This document shows positions 39,830-50,765 of a DNA stretch of 64,000 nucleotides, piece by piece. Below the pieces are notes generated by a model, which did no database searches, was not told where the DNA came from, and saw nothing but the letters and a program-made list of their open reading frames with translations. The stretch lies in NCBI RefSeq assembly GCF_006345805.1, contig NC_042998.1, positions 117,676,001-117,740,000 on the forward strand, in the 5' to 3' direction. A program made the translations under genes and the position numbers. This stretch comes from Octopus sinensis (lineage: Eukaryota). Position 1 is the stretch's first letter, and every line of letters begins with the position of its first letter.

Positions 39830-40294
39830 GTTACCTCTTCCACGCGGCTTCCATATCACATTTTTTGCTATAGCTATTACGGCTAGAAAGCAGTATTTCT
39901 CTTCTCCGTTTAGAGGAGACGGCAGAACAACTTAATAATCGACTCGGCTGACAGCTGTATTCTCCCCAGCTGTGACAGTACCCGTTCGTTAGAAACCCAC
40001 AGGTCCGAGAGACTCGGACACTGTACGATCGCATATAAAACAGTTTCATTTCTATGCCTGCAACGTGGGCACGTAGGCAAAAACATGACATTGTGCCTCG
40101 CGAGTTTATCCCAAGCCAGCGACATCTGGATGCCGCCCATAGTTCACGGGCCGAAAGTTCTTCGATGCCGGTTGGCAAGCTGACTTCATCGAAACCCAGA
40201 GTCTCCTCCAGGGCGTCATCACACTTGCCTTCAATCAGCCCTCTATAGTACGCAAAGGTGGTACCCCTCCACAGGAACTATTCGGTCGAGAAAC
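39830..40294 (-). mobile_element. Tx1/L1-type LINE ORF2 C-terminal fragment (zinc-binding region after RT)
   Basis: YYRGLIEGKCDDALEETLG, RRTFGP, DKLARHNVMFLPTCPRCRHRNETVLYAIVQCP (CxxC..ET..H..QC type), LAVIAIAKNVIWK. Frameshifted. Confidence 0.85.
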
Positions 40295-40936
40295 AAGCAG
40301 TTATATATTCTATATAACCATCAATATATTCGAAACACATGTCTCAGGGAAAAGGATAAAGGAGATATATGAAAATACACACGCTTAATTGCACGCGCGC
40401 ACACGCACATATACACGAATGTGTGTGTATGTGTGTGTATGTGTGTGTGCGTGTGTGTGTACGAGTGAGTGAACAACCAAAAGAATAATACTCAACACAT
40501 TTATTGAGATTTACGTGTATGGATCAAAGTAGTTTCAATTACATTCCTTGGAACTTAAATTTTCAAAGCGTGATGCCTATCCTCAGCTATTGGAGCTTTG
40601 AATGCGATATTACTTGGAGAAAATCATATATGTTATTACCACTAGATGGGCTGCAATTGGGCAAGAAAGCTCAGGCGGTATCGCAGTTTGATGTTGATAT
40701 TTCAGTGACAGACAGCATTTATTTGGAAATCGACCGTGTGGTGGAGAGGATATCAATTGCGTTGTTGGAGCGGCAGTAGGAACGGGTGTCGTGACAATAT
40801 ATCTATGGTTATAAATATGAGCCCATACGCGCACAAATGTGTATGTGTGTGTGTATTTGTGCATGTGTATACAAGATATATAAGATTATATGAATGTGCC
40901 AGCCTACGCGGGAGTGTATATGCAGGTGCACATAGG

Positions 40937-40983
<47 letters not shown>

Positions 40984-41160
40984 GATAAGAAAGTTTGTTT
41001 GGTAAAGCACGTGGGTGAATATATAAGAAAATAGTAAAGTGTGAAAAAACGACAGAAGGCTTAAATGTTAAAAAATATATATATTTGTGTCAAAATGTCT
41101 GGAGAATATTGGAAAATTTTTTTTTCCTTTCCTTAAAATGACATAATTTTAAAATTTATA

Positions 41161-41200
41161 AAGAAATTACCGGTTTCGCGTGTAGCTTTTCAAATGTCTT
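41161..41200 (-). ncRNA. Minimal type I hammerhead ribozyme (left-arm copy, one helix I mismatch)
   Basis: AAGACAU-UUGAAAA-GC(UACAC)GC-GAAA-CCGG-UA-AUUUCUU. Confidence 0.75.
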
Positions 41201-41383
41201 GTGACGTTATGTTTATATTGCATGGAGTTATCGTTGTATTTATTTTCAGGAGATTTCTAAATAAGGGGAGGTAGTGAGTGATTTCTTCTGGTGTAAGGGA
41301 GATAATCGCTTAAATTTTTTTTTCCTTTTCCCTTGTTCATTTCTCTGTGTCAGTATGTTCGGATGGTTTTTCCCTTTCCCTTG

Positions 41384-42841
41384 TTAATTTCTCTGTGTCA
41401 GTATGTTCGGATGGTTGAGTCTGGGTTTGTACTTTTCAATGAAGAATGTTTCCTTGTTCAGTCTCATTTGTGTTGATGATCCGAAAGCACATTGGTAAAA
41501 TGGGAAGATTAAAAATTGTGGCAGTAGTTGCTTTGCGCATTTCTCAATGTGCTCACTAAAAGGTATCATTCTATATTCTGGGAATGCAATCTGTTGTCGA
41601 TGCAGTGTGCATCTACGCCTGAGTGATAGTCCCGTGGAACCCACGTAGTCTTGGTGGCAGCCCGAGCATTTAATGACATAAATTATGTTTTCAGAGGCAC
41701 AAGTAAAGTTAGATTTGATCTTGAATTTCTGTCCCTCTTTAAAGAAGAATTCTGATCCTTCCAATAGGTTAGGACATGTTGCACAGTTCGATCTACCACA
41801 TTTTTTTACTTTTGCATCCGTAATTTTAGAAGACAATTTTGCCTTTGTGAGAATCTTTTTAAGTGATTTAAGCTGTTTGTAGCTTTTAATGATTTGGTGT
41901 ATGTTTAGAATTTCCTTTAATTTTGGGTTTTTATGAAGTATTGGTAAATTCTGGGTGATGATGGTGAAGGCTTCTTTGTTTCTGGGGTTGTATGTAGATA
42001 TGTAAGGTAGTATTTTCGGGGAAGGTGTGTTGTTGTGTTGAACTTTTCTTAAAGTTTCTATGTTGATTTCTGTTGCACGTCTGATCCCATCCTCTATGAG
42101 CTGAGCTGGGTAATGTCTGTCAATTAGGGTATTTTTGAGTTCTTGCAGTCTAAAGTTCCTGGTATTTTGTTCTGACACTATTGTGCATATCCTTCTTGCA
42201 AGGTTGAAGGGGATGTTTGTTTTAGTGTGTCTTGGGTGGCATGAATTAAAAAGAAGGTATTGTTTGGCGTCTGTGTCTTTGTAAAAAATGTCTGTTTCTA
42301 TTTTAAGGTTAATTTTTTTAATTAGTATATCCAAGAACGGGAGCTCCTTTTGGTTGTATTCCATTGTGAACTGTATATTTGGGTTTATGCTGTTCAATAG
42401 GTTTTTTAATTTTTGGAGTTTACCTATGTTTTCATTCCAGAGGATGAAACAATCGTCTAGGAATCGTTTCCAATTCTCTTTTATGTATTGAGAGAGGGAG
42501 TTTCCAAAGATTGATAGAGATTCCTGGTAAATGATTATTTCCATGTATCCCATTGTTAAGTTCGCAATGACTGGTGCTGCCCTTGTCCCCATAGCAATTC
42601 CGGATTTTTGACGGTAAAATGTATTGTCAAACATGAAGTGGTTATTGTGTAGGATGAATTCAATTGATTTAGTAATGAATTCCTTACTGATCCTTTTTGG
42701 TATTTCTTCCGGAAATTGGTCTAACCAGAACTGTATTGCCTCCGAACATACTGACACAACCATCCGAACATACTGACACAGAGAAATTAACAAGGGAAAG
42801 GGAAAAACCATCGGAACATACTGACACAGAGAAATGAACAA
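41384..42841 (-). CDS. Penelope-like reverse transcriptase (N-terminally truncated) + GIY-YIG endonuclease, open frame of 485 codons
   Basis: SGIAMGTRAAP, WKRFLDDCF, ELPFLDI, IPFNLARR, KCGRSNCATC, NIIYVIKCSGCHQDYVGST, EKYKPRLN. The first ~33 residues derive from the inverted arm. Confidence 0.9.
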   Translation of the reverse strand: MFISLCQYVPMVFPFPLLISLCQYVRMVVSVCSEAIQFWLDQFPEEIPKRISKEFITKSIEFILHNNHFMFDNTFYRQKSGIAMGTRAAPVIANLTMGYMEIIIYQESLSIFGNSLSQYIKENWKRFLDDCFILWNENIGKLQKLKNLLNSINPNIQFTMEYNQKELPFLDILIKKINLKIETDIFYKDTDAKQYLLFNSCHPRHTKTNIPFNLARRICTIVSEQNTRNFRLQELKNTLIDRHYPAQLIEDGIRRATEINIETLRKVQHNNTPSPKILPYISTYNPRNKEAFTIITQNLPILHKNPKLKEILNIHQIIKSYKQLKSLKKILTKAKLSSKITDAKVKKCGRSNCATCPNLLEGSEFFFKEGQKFKIKSNFTCASENIIYVIKCSGCHQDYVGSTGLSLRRRCTLHRQQIAFPEYRMIPFSEHIEKCAKQLLPQFLIFPFYQCAFGSSTQMRLNKETFFIEKYKPRLNHPNILTQRN

Positions 42842-42973
42842 GGGAAGAGGAAAAAAAAATTTAAGCGATTATCTCCCTTACACCGGAAGAAATCACTCAC
42901 TACCTCCCCTTATTTAGAAATCTCCTGAAAATAAATACAACGATAACTCCATGCAATATAAACATAACGTCAC

Positions 42974-43013
42974 AAGAAATTTGAAAAGCTACACGCGAAA
43001 CCGGTAATTTCTT
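42974..43013 (+). ncRNA. Intact minimal type I hammerhead ribozyme, U3-A8 core variant
   Basis: AAGAAAU-UUGAAAA-GC(UACAC)GC-GAAA-CCGG-UA-AUUUCUU: perfect 7-bp helix I, palindromic ACCGGU helix III, GUA triplet with predicted cleavage after 43006. Confidence 0.85.
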
Positions 43014-43150
43014 TATAAATTTTAAAATTATGTCATTTTAAGGAAAGGAAAAAAAAAATTTTCCAATATTCTCCAGACATTTTGACACAAATATATATAT
43101 ATTTTTAACATTTAAGCCTTCTGTCGTTTTTTCAAACTTTACTATTTTCT

Positions 43151-43157
<7 letters not shown>

Positions 43158-43206
<49 letters not shown>

Positions 43207-43220
43207 ATATATATAGGTAT

Positions 43221-43286
<66 letters not shown>

Positions 43287-43290
43287 GCAT
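43158..43290. repeat. (TA)n/(TG)n/(GATA)n microsatellite
   Basis: Direct reading; abuts the PLE right arm. Confidence 0.95.
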
Positions 43291-44779
43291 GTATGTATAT
43301 GTGTGGATGTGCAAGTGAATACGAATATATTTGTATTTCTTATGTACTTATGTGTCTGTGAGATTAGCTGTACATGCATGCACACATACACACACACATA
43401 CGCATACATACAAATACACGCACACACGTGTATGTGAGTGTTATTAGAAATCTAAAATATATGTTTAATTTGATAGTGATATCGCAAAACATCGTCAGAG
43501 CTTAGAGTATGAGGCATCGTCTTTGATGCATATTCATGTTACATACGAAGCTTATAAGAACGTTAATCCATTTATATTTCAATTAATAGAAAGTCATCAT
43601 TTATTTCACAGATCGTTTATAATGACTCATATCGGCATCTTCATTTATAATATAATAAAACAATTAATTTCGCGCAATGGATTCAATGGATTCTTAGGCA
43701 ATGCAATTAAAACATATATTCATAAGTATGAATCACCCATTTACTATAAATTCCAAGCAGAAGGTTAAGTATCTTTGTATTTTGTATATATTTATCACTT
43801 TAAGTAACTTGACATTATATAAAAAAAATATCAAATAATGCTATATGGATGTACAGCTTAAACTATGGACGACTGAAATGGTAAAGGTCAATTTACAAAT
43901 TGCTATATTTCAGATAAAGCATATATTGTGCCCTACTCAGCGAAAAATGCACTCACCAGATAACGAAGTAAAATTTCAGTTATAGTAGACCTGTAACCAA
44001 ACAGCAATTAGAATTAACGTATACTTCCTTACTGCGCGTTATCACTCATACAAAAGAACCACATAAAATGTAAGCTTGACTTAAAGGGAAATTCCACGGA
44101 GATTTTACAGAGTCTAACACAATAGAGCAAGGTAATCTATTATAACATCTACCGTTTTTTAAACTATCAAAGTAATATTCAAGATTATCAGACTGTTATA
44201 TATTTTGGTGTGTCTATTGTATTGATCCAACAAAAAATTAAATATAGATTTATCCTCAGTCGGATACAAAAGTTCCGCTAGTATAAGAATGGAAATGGTT
44301 TTCACATATTTTCATCGAATCATGCGCTGAGATTGTAAGAACCTTTTAAATTCCGATTGATGAAAATTTTCACAGGGTTTTAATAGGAAGAATCTAATGT
44401 TTTAATTTTCCATTTCAATCCGTGAGTTAAGAGGGTGAACAAATTATATATTATATTCTTTTGTTCTCTCAATAGTTTCAGTCAACATCTGAACTTGCAT
44501 AAGTGTGAATAGAACAATATATTAATCAAAGACATTCCAACTTAGTCGGATTGTCACGTTTTATTATTTGCAATTTTTAAAATTTTACAAATTTACATTA
44601 TTGAAATAAACTAGTACCTTTCTGTGTTACGCACTCATAAGGTTTATTTAGTGACAGTCGTGTTCCACAATTGACAACTGTTCACTTCTTTACTTTAATG
44701 TTGTAAAATGTAAAATTTTAAACAATTGCAAATAATAAAACATGGAAATCAGATCAAGTTGGAATTTCCTTGATTAATG

Positions 44780-44835
44780 TGTGTGTGTATGTAATGTATG
44801 TATGATTGTAAGTATGTATATATGTATGTTTGCAC

Positions 44836-44873
<38 letters not shown>

Positions 44874-44922
44874 TATATATATAATATATATATACAAATA
44901 TATATATATATGTACATACAAA

Positions 44923-44978
<56 letters not shown>

Positions 44979-44985
44979 CATACAG

Positions 44986-45042
<57 letters not shown>

Positions 45043-45075
45043 AATATATATATATGTACATACAAATATGTATAT
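44780..45075. repeat. Compound (TA)n/(TC)n microsatellite followed by a short SINE tail (45079-45135)
   Basis: Direct reading. GGCGGTGCCCCAGCATGGCCACAG matches the SINE tail at ~18334. Confidence 0.9.
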
Positions 45076-45299
45076 ATGGCGGTGCCCCAGCATGGCCACA
45101 GCTCATAAGCTGAAACTAGAATCAATCAATCAATCATAGGCTATGAGAGGTGATGGTGTGAAAAAGACCCAAAGGTGTCAAGTAATGCAGAGTAAATGTT
45201 ATGTACATACTATAGTTAAGCTCCAGGTTCGGTGATTATGCGAACGAGGAGTCCAACGTACGTTATATACTAGCATGCATATATATATATATATATATA

Positions 45300-45610
45300 A
45301 ATAACAGAGTGATATAAAAATCCAAGGCTGTGAAAGATTTCAGAACATTTATAAAGAGGTCTTACAGCTGTTTCCGGGATATTTTATATATCCTTCTTCG
45401 GAGACAGTGTGAGAAAATGGTTAAGCAATAGGTATTTTAGAGAAGATATGAAATAGAGAGTGAAGTGAAGGAATGGAAACAGACGTGAGATATGCAGGGA
45501 TATTGTATCTGCAGTTCTATTATTTAAGCAGAATGGTATAATTATAAGTTTCCTGTATCTTGTTTGTAAGTTCCAACAGTATTTAAAATTGGTCATTCCA
45601 AGCATAGAGT
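45300..45610 (-). mobile_element. PLE 3' end remnant (GIY-YIG C-terminus, 3'UTR, hammerhead)
   Basis: KYCWNLQTRYRKLIIIPFCLNNRTADTISLH resembles the C.LC..EK..I..LN.R.E...CRH PLE terminus. A hammerhead follows downstream on the same strand. Confidence 0.55.
45359..45405 (-). ncRNA. Minimal hammerhead ribozyme with U4-to-C core mutation
   Basis: GUCU-CCGAAGA-AGGAUAU(AUAAA)AUAUCCCG-GAAA-CAGCUG-UA-AGAC. Confidence 0.65.
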
Positions 45611-45611
45611 T

Positions 45612-45708
45612 TGTAAACCGTGTTATTGGATCGAGGGTTTTTTGAAGTGACTTGAAAGTTGGAAATGTGCTTGTAAAATAAAACCTCCGATCAATAACAC
45701 GGTTTACA
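45612..45708. repeat. 97-bp hairpin / miniature TIR element
   Basis: TGTAAACCGTGTTATTGGATCGAGGGTTTT vs AAAACCTCCGATCAATAACACGGTTTACA. Confidence 0.8.
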
Positions 45709-46029
45709 GAAGCTATAACCTTGGCTGTTGTATATGTATTTATATATGTTATATATGTATTTATGTATGTGTATATGCTGTATATGCATTTATATAGCCT
45801 TTGATGTTGTATATGTATTCATGGATTGAATTCATTAGGCTGCTATAATGATTCCACAAACACATATAAAACATCCAAGAGTATATGTTTTTCCTCTAAA
45901 GATATTATACTGCCGTCATATAGATATTAATTTAATATTTACTGACTATTAATTAAAACAACTGTAAGTGGAGATGATTAATTTATCCCCATTTTCATTT
46001 GTTCTTTTACACGAATATAAACTATGTGT

Positions 46030-46032
46030 TTG

Positions 46033-46063
<31 letters not shown>

Positions 46064-46086
46064 ATATCTATCTATCTATCTATCTA

Positions 46087-46140
<54 letters not shown>
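46030..46140. repeat. (TATC)n + (TA)n microsatellite
   Basis: Direct reading. Confidence 0.95.
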
Positions 46141-46141
<1 letters not shown>

Positions 46142-49100
46142 CATAGAATATAGAATATAGTATAATTCAATAAAATACGTTAATGAACTGCTTTCTTTTT
46201 AGCTTCATTACACTATTTTATAATTTGTACGTCATTCCACAGGCACAATACACCAAGTGACACAATATAATAGCTATTCACTGTTGAGAAATTGGGCTAC
46301 ATTTAAAATATTCATATCGCATAAGTCTAGCTTCTTGTAAAAATATAATGAATGAAAATTAAGTAAAGTGACAATCAGTACGTGTGTAGATGATGAACAA
46401 AATGTTTTGCAGGGCAAATCTCCTTTGCATTATTCTATTTTGAGTTGAATTTAATTGAACTATATTTATTAAATTATATCTTAATTGATTTAATTAGAGT
46501 ACATTTGCATGTCTTATCACTTTCCATTTTATTTTTCTGTTTCCGTACAGCAACTTGAATATCAGTATTCTCTCAAACTTTCTTAGCGATGCCATGAATT
46601 GATTAAAAGAATTTTGGCCGCTAACCAAATTATTGAAAATGATAACAGGGCAAGATTTGACGGATTAGTAAGAATGTGGAGCCTAAATTACAATTAAATC
46701 TAAACATAGATCGCCAACCGTTTTATTTCGATTATAATTAGGTCTGTAATTGCAATCGTTCGAGAACTTTTATGAGATTTCATAATATAATTAATAGAGA
46801 GTTGGGATGTATGTCTTTTGTTCATTTCTTTTCCATATATTATTGACATTTAAGCACATAATATATTTACTGAACATTTTATAACATATTCAGAAATGAA
46901 ATTTTCTCCCCAAGATAATCTCGATTCGTTCGACGCCAGTTAATATTTAATCAGTTTTATTAGTTTTGTTATCGTAGAGATTAAAATATCAAGTATTGAA
47001 GTTTCTCCAGTTTCGATAAATCTATTAAGGACGACGCACCTCAGTCTTCAGTAATTTTCATTAATTGATATGTGCAGAAAGGATTTCAAATGGAGACAAT
47101 AATAGTAATTTGAACAGTGTCACACAGACTTTAGTTTCGTCCTTTAATATTCTCTCTACAAAATCCAGTGATTCTACCTCGATTTTCATGGTTTCCAGCA
47201 TAATAAAACCATCAATGGATCCACTGGAAATCATGCTCATATTTGATTCAAATTACATCGTACTATTTTAAAACATTACAGATTACAGTGATATGTCTGC
47301 GTGAAAGAAATACGGAATAAGCTCATTAGCACCGCATATTACCACTTGACTGTTTGACGGGAGCTGACACGGAGTTAAATAGTATCGACAAAAAGAAATA
47401 GCAGCCAGTTACTGAGGTTTGATTCAATAGTGTAAGACGCTTTTTTCAAAATTAGGCTTTAGAAAAAAAATATTTCGTATATGTTTCATTCTAGTTGTAG
47501 AATACTTATATTGTAAAAGCTAAAAACCGTGTGGTATTTGATCTAGCACTATACGTCTGCGTTAAATTTCACAGAGCGCAAGTGATCCTTTCATCCCTAA
47601 ATGTTGAATTCAAGTTGTTATCACTTACTGGCACAGTATACTTGACTGCCGATATATGACTACATGCAGTGTTAGAGCAGAACTCATTAATAGTATTACC
47701 ACAGGGGTCAAATTATCATATGTCACAAAATATCTGCATATATAAAAGGCAGGATGTGTGTATGTGTGTGTGTGTACACGGATGTAATTTATGCACGTCC
47801 ACAAACTTGCACGCATGTCGCTCCAATTTTACAACATTCTTCATGACGCTAGCTGTATTTTCGTCAACGTATTCTTACCTGAGGCACCAGCGAATAGCAG
47901 TAAAAATAAATTTTCAACCAAAACTTTTAACAATTTTCAAGTCGGGAAAATCAGCAATATTTGCAAACAGGAGTTAAGTCCCCTTCTAGCGACGAGTAAG
48001 TTTTTTGTTGTTTTATTTTCCATCGAAAATATTCTTATATTTTGCTGGCAATAAACCCTCGTAAATATTATTAACTCATTTATTTACGCATTGTTTTCAC
48101 CTCATTCCCTCCATCAGCAGACAAAAGATTTACACAAAACAAAAATAGTTTTGTATATAATGTATTTTAGAGGAGCAGAAAAAATCCCATGAATACATCG
48201 AAATATATATATATATATATATATACCTTAATTGCGAATATGGTTGATATCTCAAAGATTTATATCTCCATCGCATCTGTCCAAATGAGAATCTGAAGAA
48301 TAAGTTTTATGCTGTTATGCGGCTAATGAATGTATGTTGTACTAAGTTAATGTAAACGGCAGATGTAAGGACTATTGTCTCGTTGATAATAAGTTTGTAC
48401 CACAAAACATTACAAATCCGTGACTACAACATTAGTGTGGTATTTTGCGAAAAGCATGATCTGATCTTTAATGCCTGAGATATCATAAGAAAGCATAGTA
48501 TAGTCGTGCACTCTCTTCTAATACAAACAACAAACCGTTCAGTAAAACAAATATACTTTCTTAATATTTTAAGGGATGGTGAACGAAATAGCTTGATAAT
48601 CAAGAGGATGTTGTGTTTTGCTGTTATATTTAGGTTTCGCGTTTGTAATAAACGCCGTTGATATATATTAACCCAGAACTAAAGCATGTCAAAAACCCGC
48701 CCTCTGCAAATAATGAGAAATGAAGTATTTTTCGGTTCTCACGAAGAATTTTCCAAGTATCTAGGTCTCCAATTTCTGGGACTCCATAATGAAATTTATT
48801 GATACATGTTTGCCCTAAAACACAATCTATTGCAATTAATTTCCTATTCACCAGTGTATCCCCTAACTAACATAGTTTAAGTTTTGCAAAAGTCGCGTTT
48901 CATTTGTTCGTATTCATTTCTTGAGAAGATAAAAGTGTAATATTCTTGGTACATTTCTTTGGAACATATTATGTAGCTTAGATGCTTAACTGCAACCATC
49001 TTATGAATATATGAACAAAAGCTTTATTAGGAGACTGAATTATTGACATAGTGACGAAATAATAAAGCGTATTGCACAGCTTTTACATCGTCATAATTAA

Positions 49101-49849
49101 AATACTATTTTCGGGACCATTATGTGTGAAAGCTCAAAGAATTCAATTAGCATAGGAATGAAAATTTAATTATAGGTACGAGCTAATTTTGCAGTCTTCA
49201 ATGGAATATATAAATAGGATCTTTCTGCGCTGACTGTAAATGATACAATTTACAAAGTATGGCATTTGATAGTTTGTACTATATACGTCTAGTGTAATAT
49301 TTCTTCAAATATGATCAAGCAAAGTACTGTGTAGAACTATGCTATACATTATAAAACGCAGATATATAAATCTCATATATTACAGAATGTTTTCATGGCA
49401 TATATGGTAATTCCTAAATATCTGGAGTAGAAAAGGAAACGTATTTAATATAATTTTAAATGGAAAAATCAACGTGTTTTGTATTGTTGATGTATGTGTC
49501 ACTTTATTCTGGTGCCACTCTGCCACTCAAAAGACAATAAATACACTTTAAGGTCTGTACATCAATGTTTCATACCGACGACATATCTTCTAACTCGTTT
49601 GTATATTTGTCAATATTTGCAAATATCTTGTTATTGAATGCTTGGTTAACAGAGCGCTTTCTGCTTTCATTAAATTGCTCACTTGATTTTGATAAACATT
49701 TGCAATATATATTCCTATGCCTCTGAATAATTGAGCCACTCACGAAAGATTTAATAAAGAAAAACAATGATGAACGAAAAAAGGAAGGACGGATATATTT
49801 GTTGCATGTACAAAACAACTTGCCATTAAAATTAAAATTTTCCTATGTA

Positions 49850-50765
49850 CAGGGTGGCTACAAAAAGACAGAACCCACAGATATTTGAATAAAACTGCTA
49901 ATTTTAATTTTTTCTCTTTTCTTCTTCAGCGTATGCAAGTCGAATTTTTGCATGAAAGATTGGAACAATAGTCTACCCCAACATGTCTTGGTCAACCAAA
50001 GAAAAGACATTTTGCATGGAGGGCTATTTCCCCAACAAATAATACATGGCAGTGCAAGCAAATATTCAGAGACAGTTTATTCGCGTACATCCGCACCGGA
50101 AGAAGTGTTTCAGAGGTCATTTCGCTCAACAAAGCGCACAGCATGCGTAGCAATCTCTAAACATGGCATCATCGGCCTATATTGTTCCGAAGACGAAATA
50201 AGTGAGCTCAAACGGAGAATATGGAGCGCTATGTGGCAGTGCTAAGGAAGTGTTGGGTATTATTGGGACGATGCAGTGGTAAACATCGAGATGAACAGTG
50301 GTTCCAGCAAGATGGGACCACCTCTATGCATCATATGATCATATGACTTCATAGCCTGTGGGAGAGAGCGATTTCAGGAGAGACTGATCAGCAGGAAGTG
50401 TGCCGTTGAGTGGGAAACGCATTCACCCCCTCAGAATTTTAGCTGTGGTGGTATCTCAACTATATTGCTTACCAGAACAACCCTTGAAAATTGGTGAACT
50501 GAAGGCAGCAATCACAGCAGAAATCAGGGAAATCCCCTAAGAGAAATGTGTAATTTTGTGCGACATATGAAAGTGTGTCTCCAACGCTGCGGAGGCCATT
50601 CGGAGCATATTTTGAAAATTAGATGCGTTTTATGCACAGGAAATCATCGTACACAGACGGAAGTTTAAGTCCAGCAAAGTTCAAGAATTTGCTGGATCTT
50701 TGTACGATTTAATGAAAATTTTATGGGTTCTATTTTTTGTTTTTTTTTGGTGTGTGGTGGGCCTG
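49850..50765 (+). mobile_element. Internally deleted Tc1/mariner element, rosa (DD41D)-like
   Basis: TA-CAGGGTGG..AGAACCCA left end and degenerate TGGGTTCT..CCTG-TA right end. AISKHGIIGLY, WFQQDGT, F.ERLISRKC.VEW..HSP, LK.AITAEIREIP, GGHSEHIL. Confidence 0.75.

Larger units (their letters stand above)
41019..43157 (-). mobile_element. Young 5'-truncated Penelope-like element with terminal repeat present twice in inverted orientation
   Basis: Arms 41019-41416 and 42758-43157 are reverse complements with about 5 substitutions plus homopolymer differences. They enclose an uninterrupted RT/GIY-YIG frame. Confidence 0.95.

Noticed and set aside
47875-47950. Signal-peptide-like LFLLLFAGAS before a minus-strand CAG|GTAAG donor
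   Set aside because: In-frame TGA upstream and no ATG or convincing acceptor.
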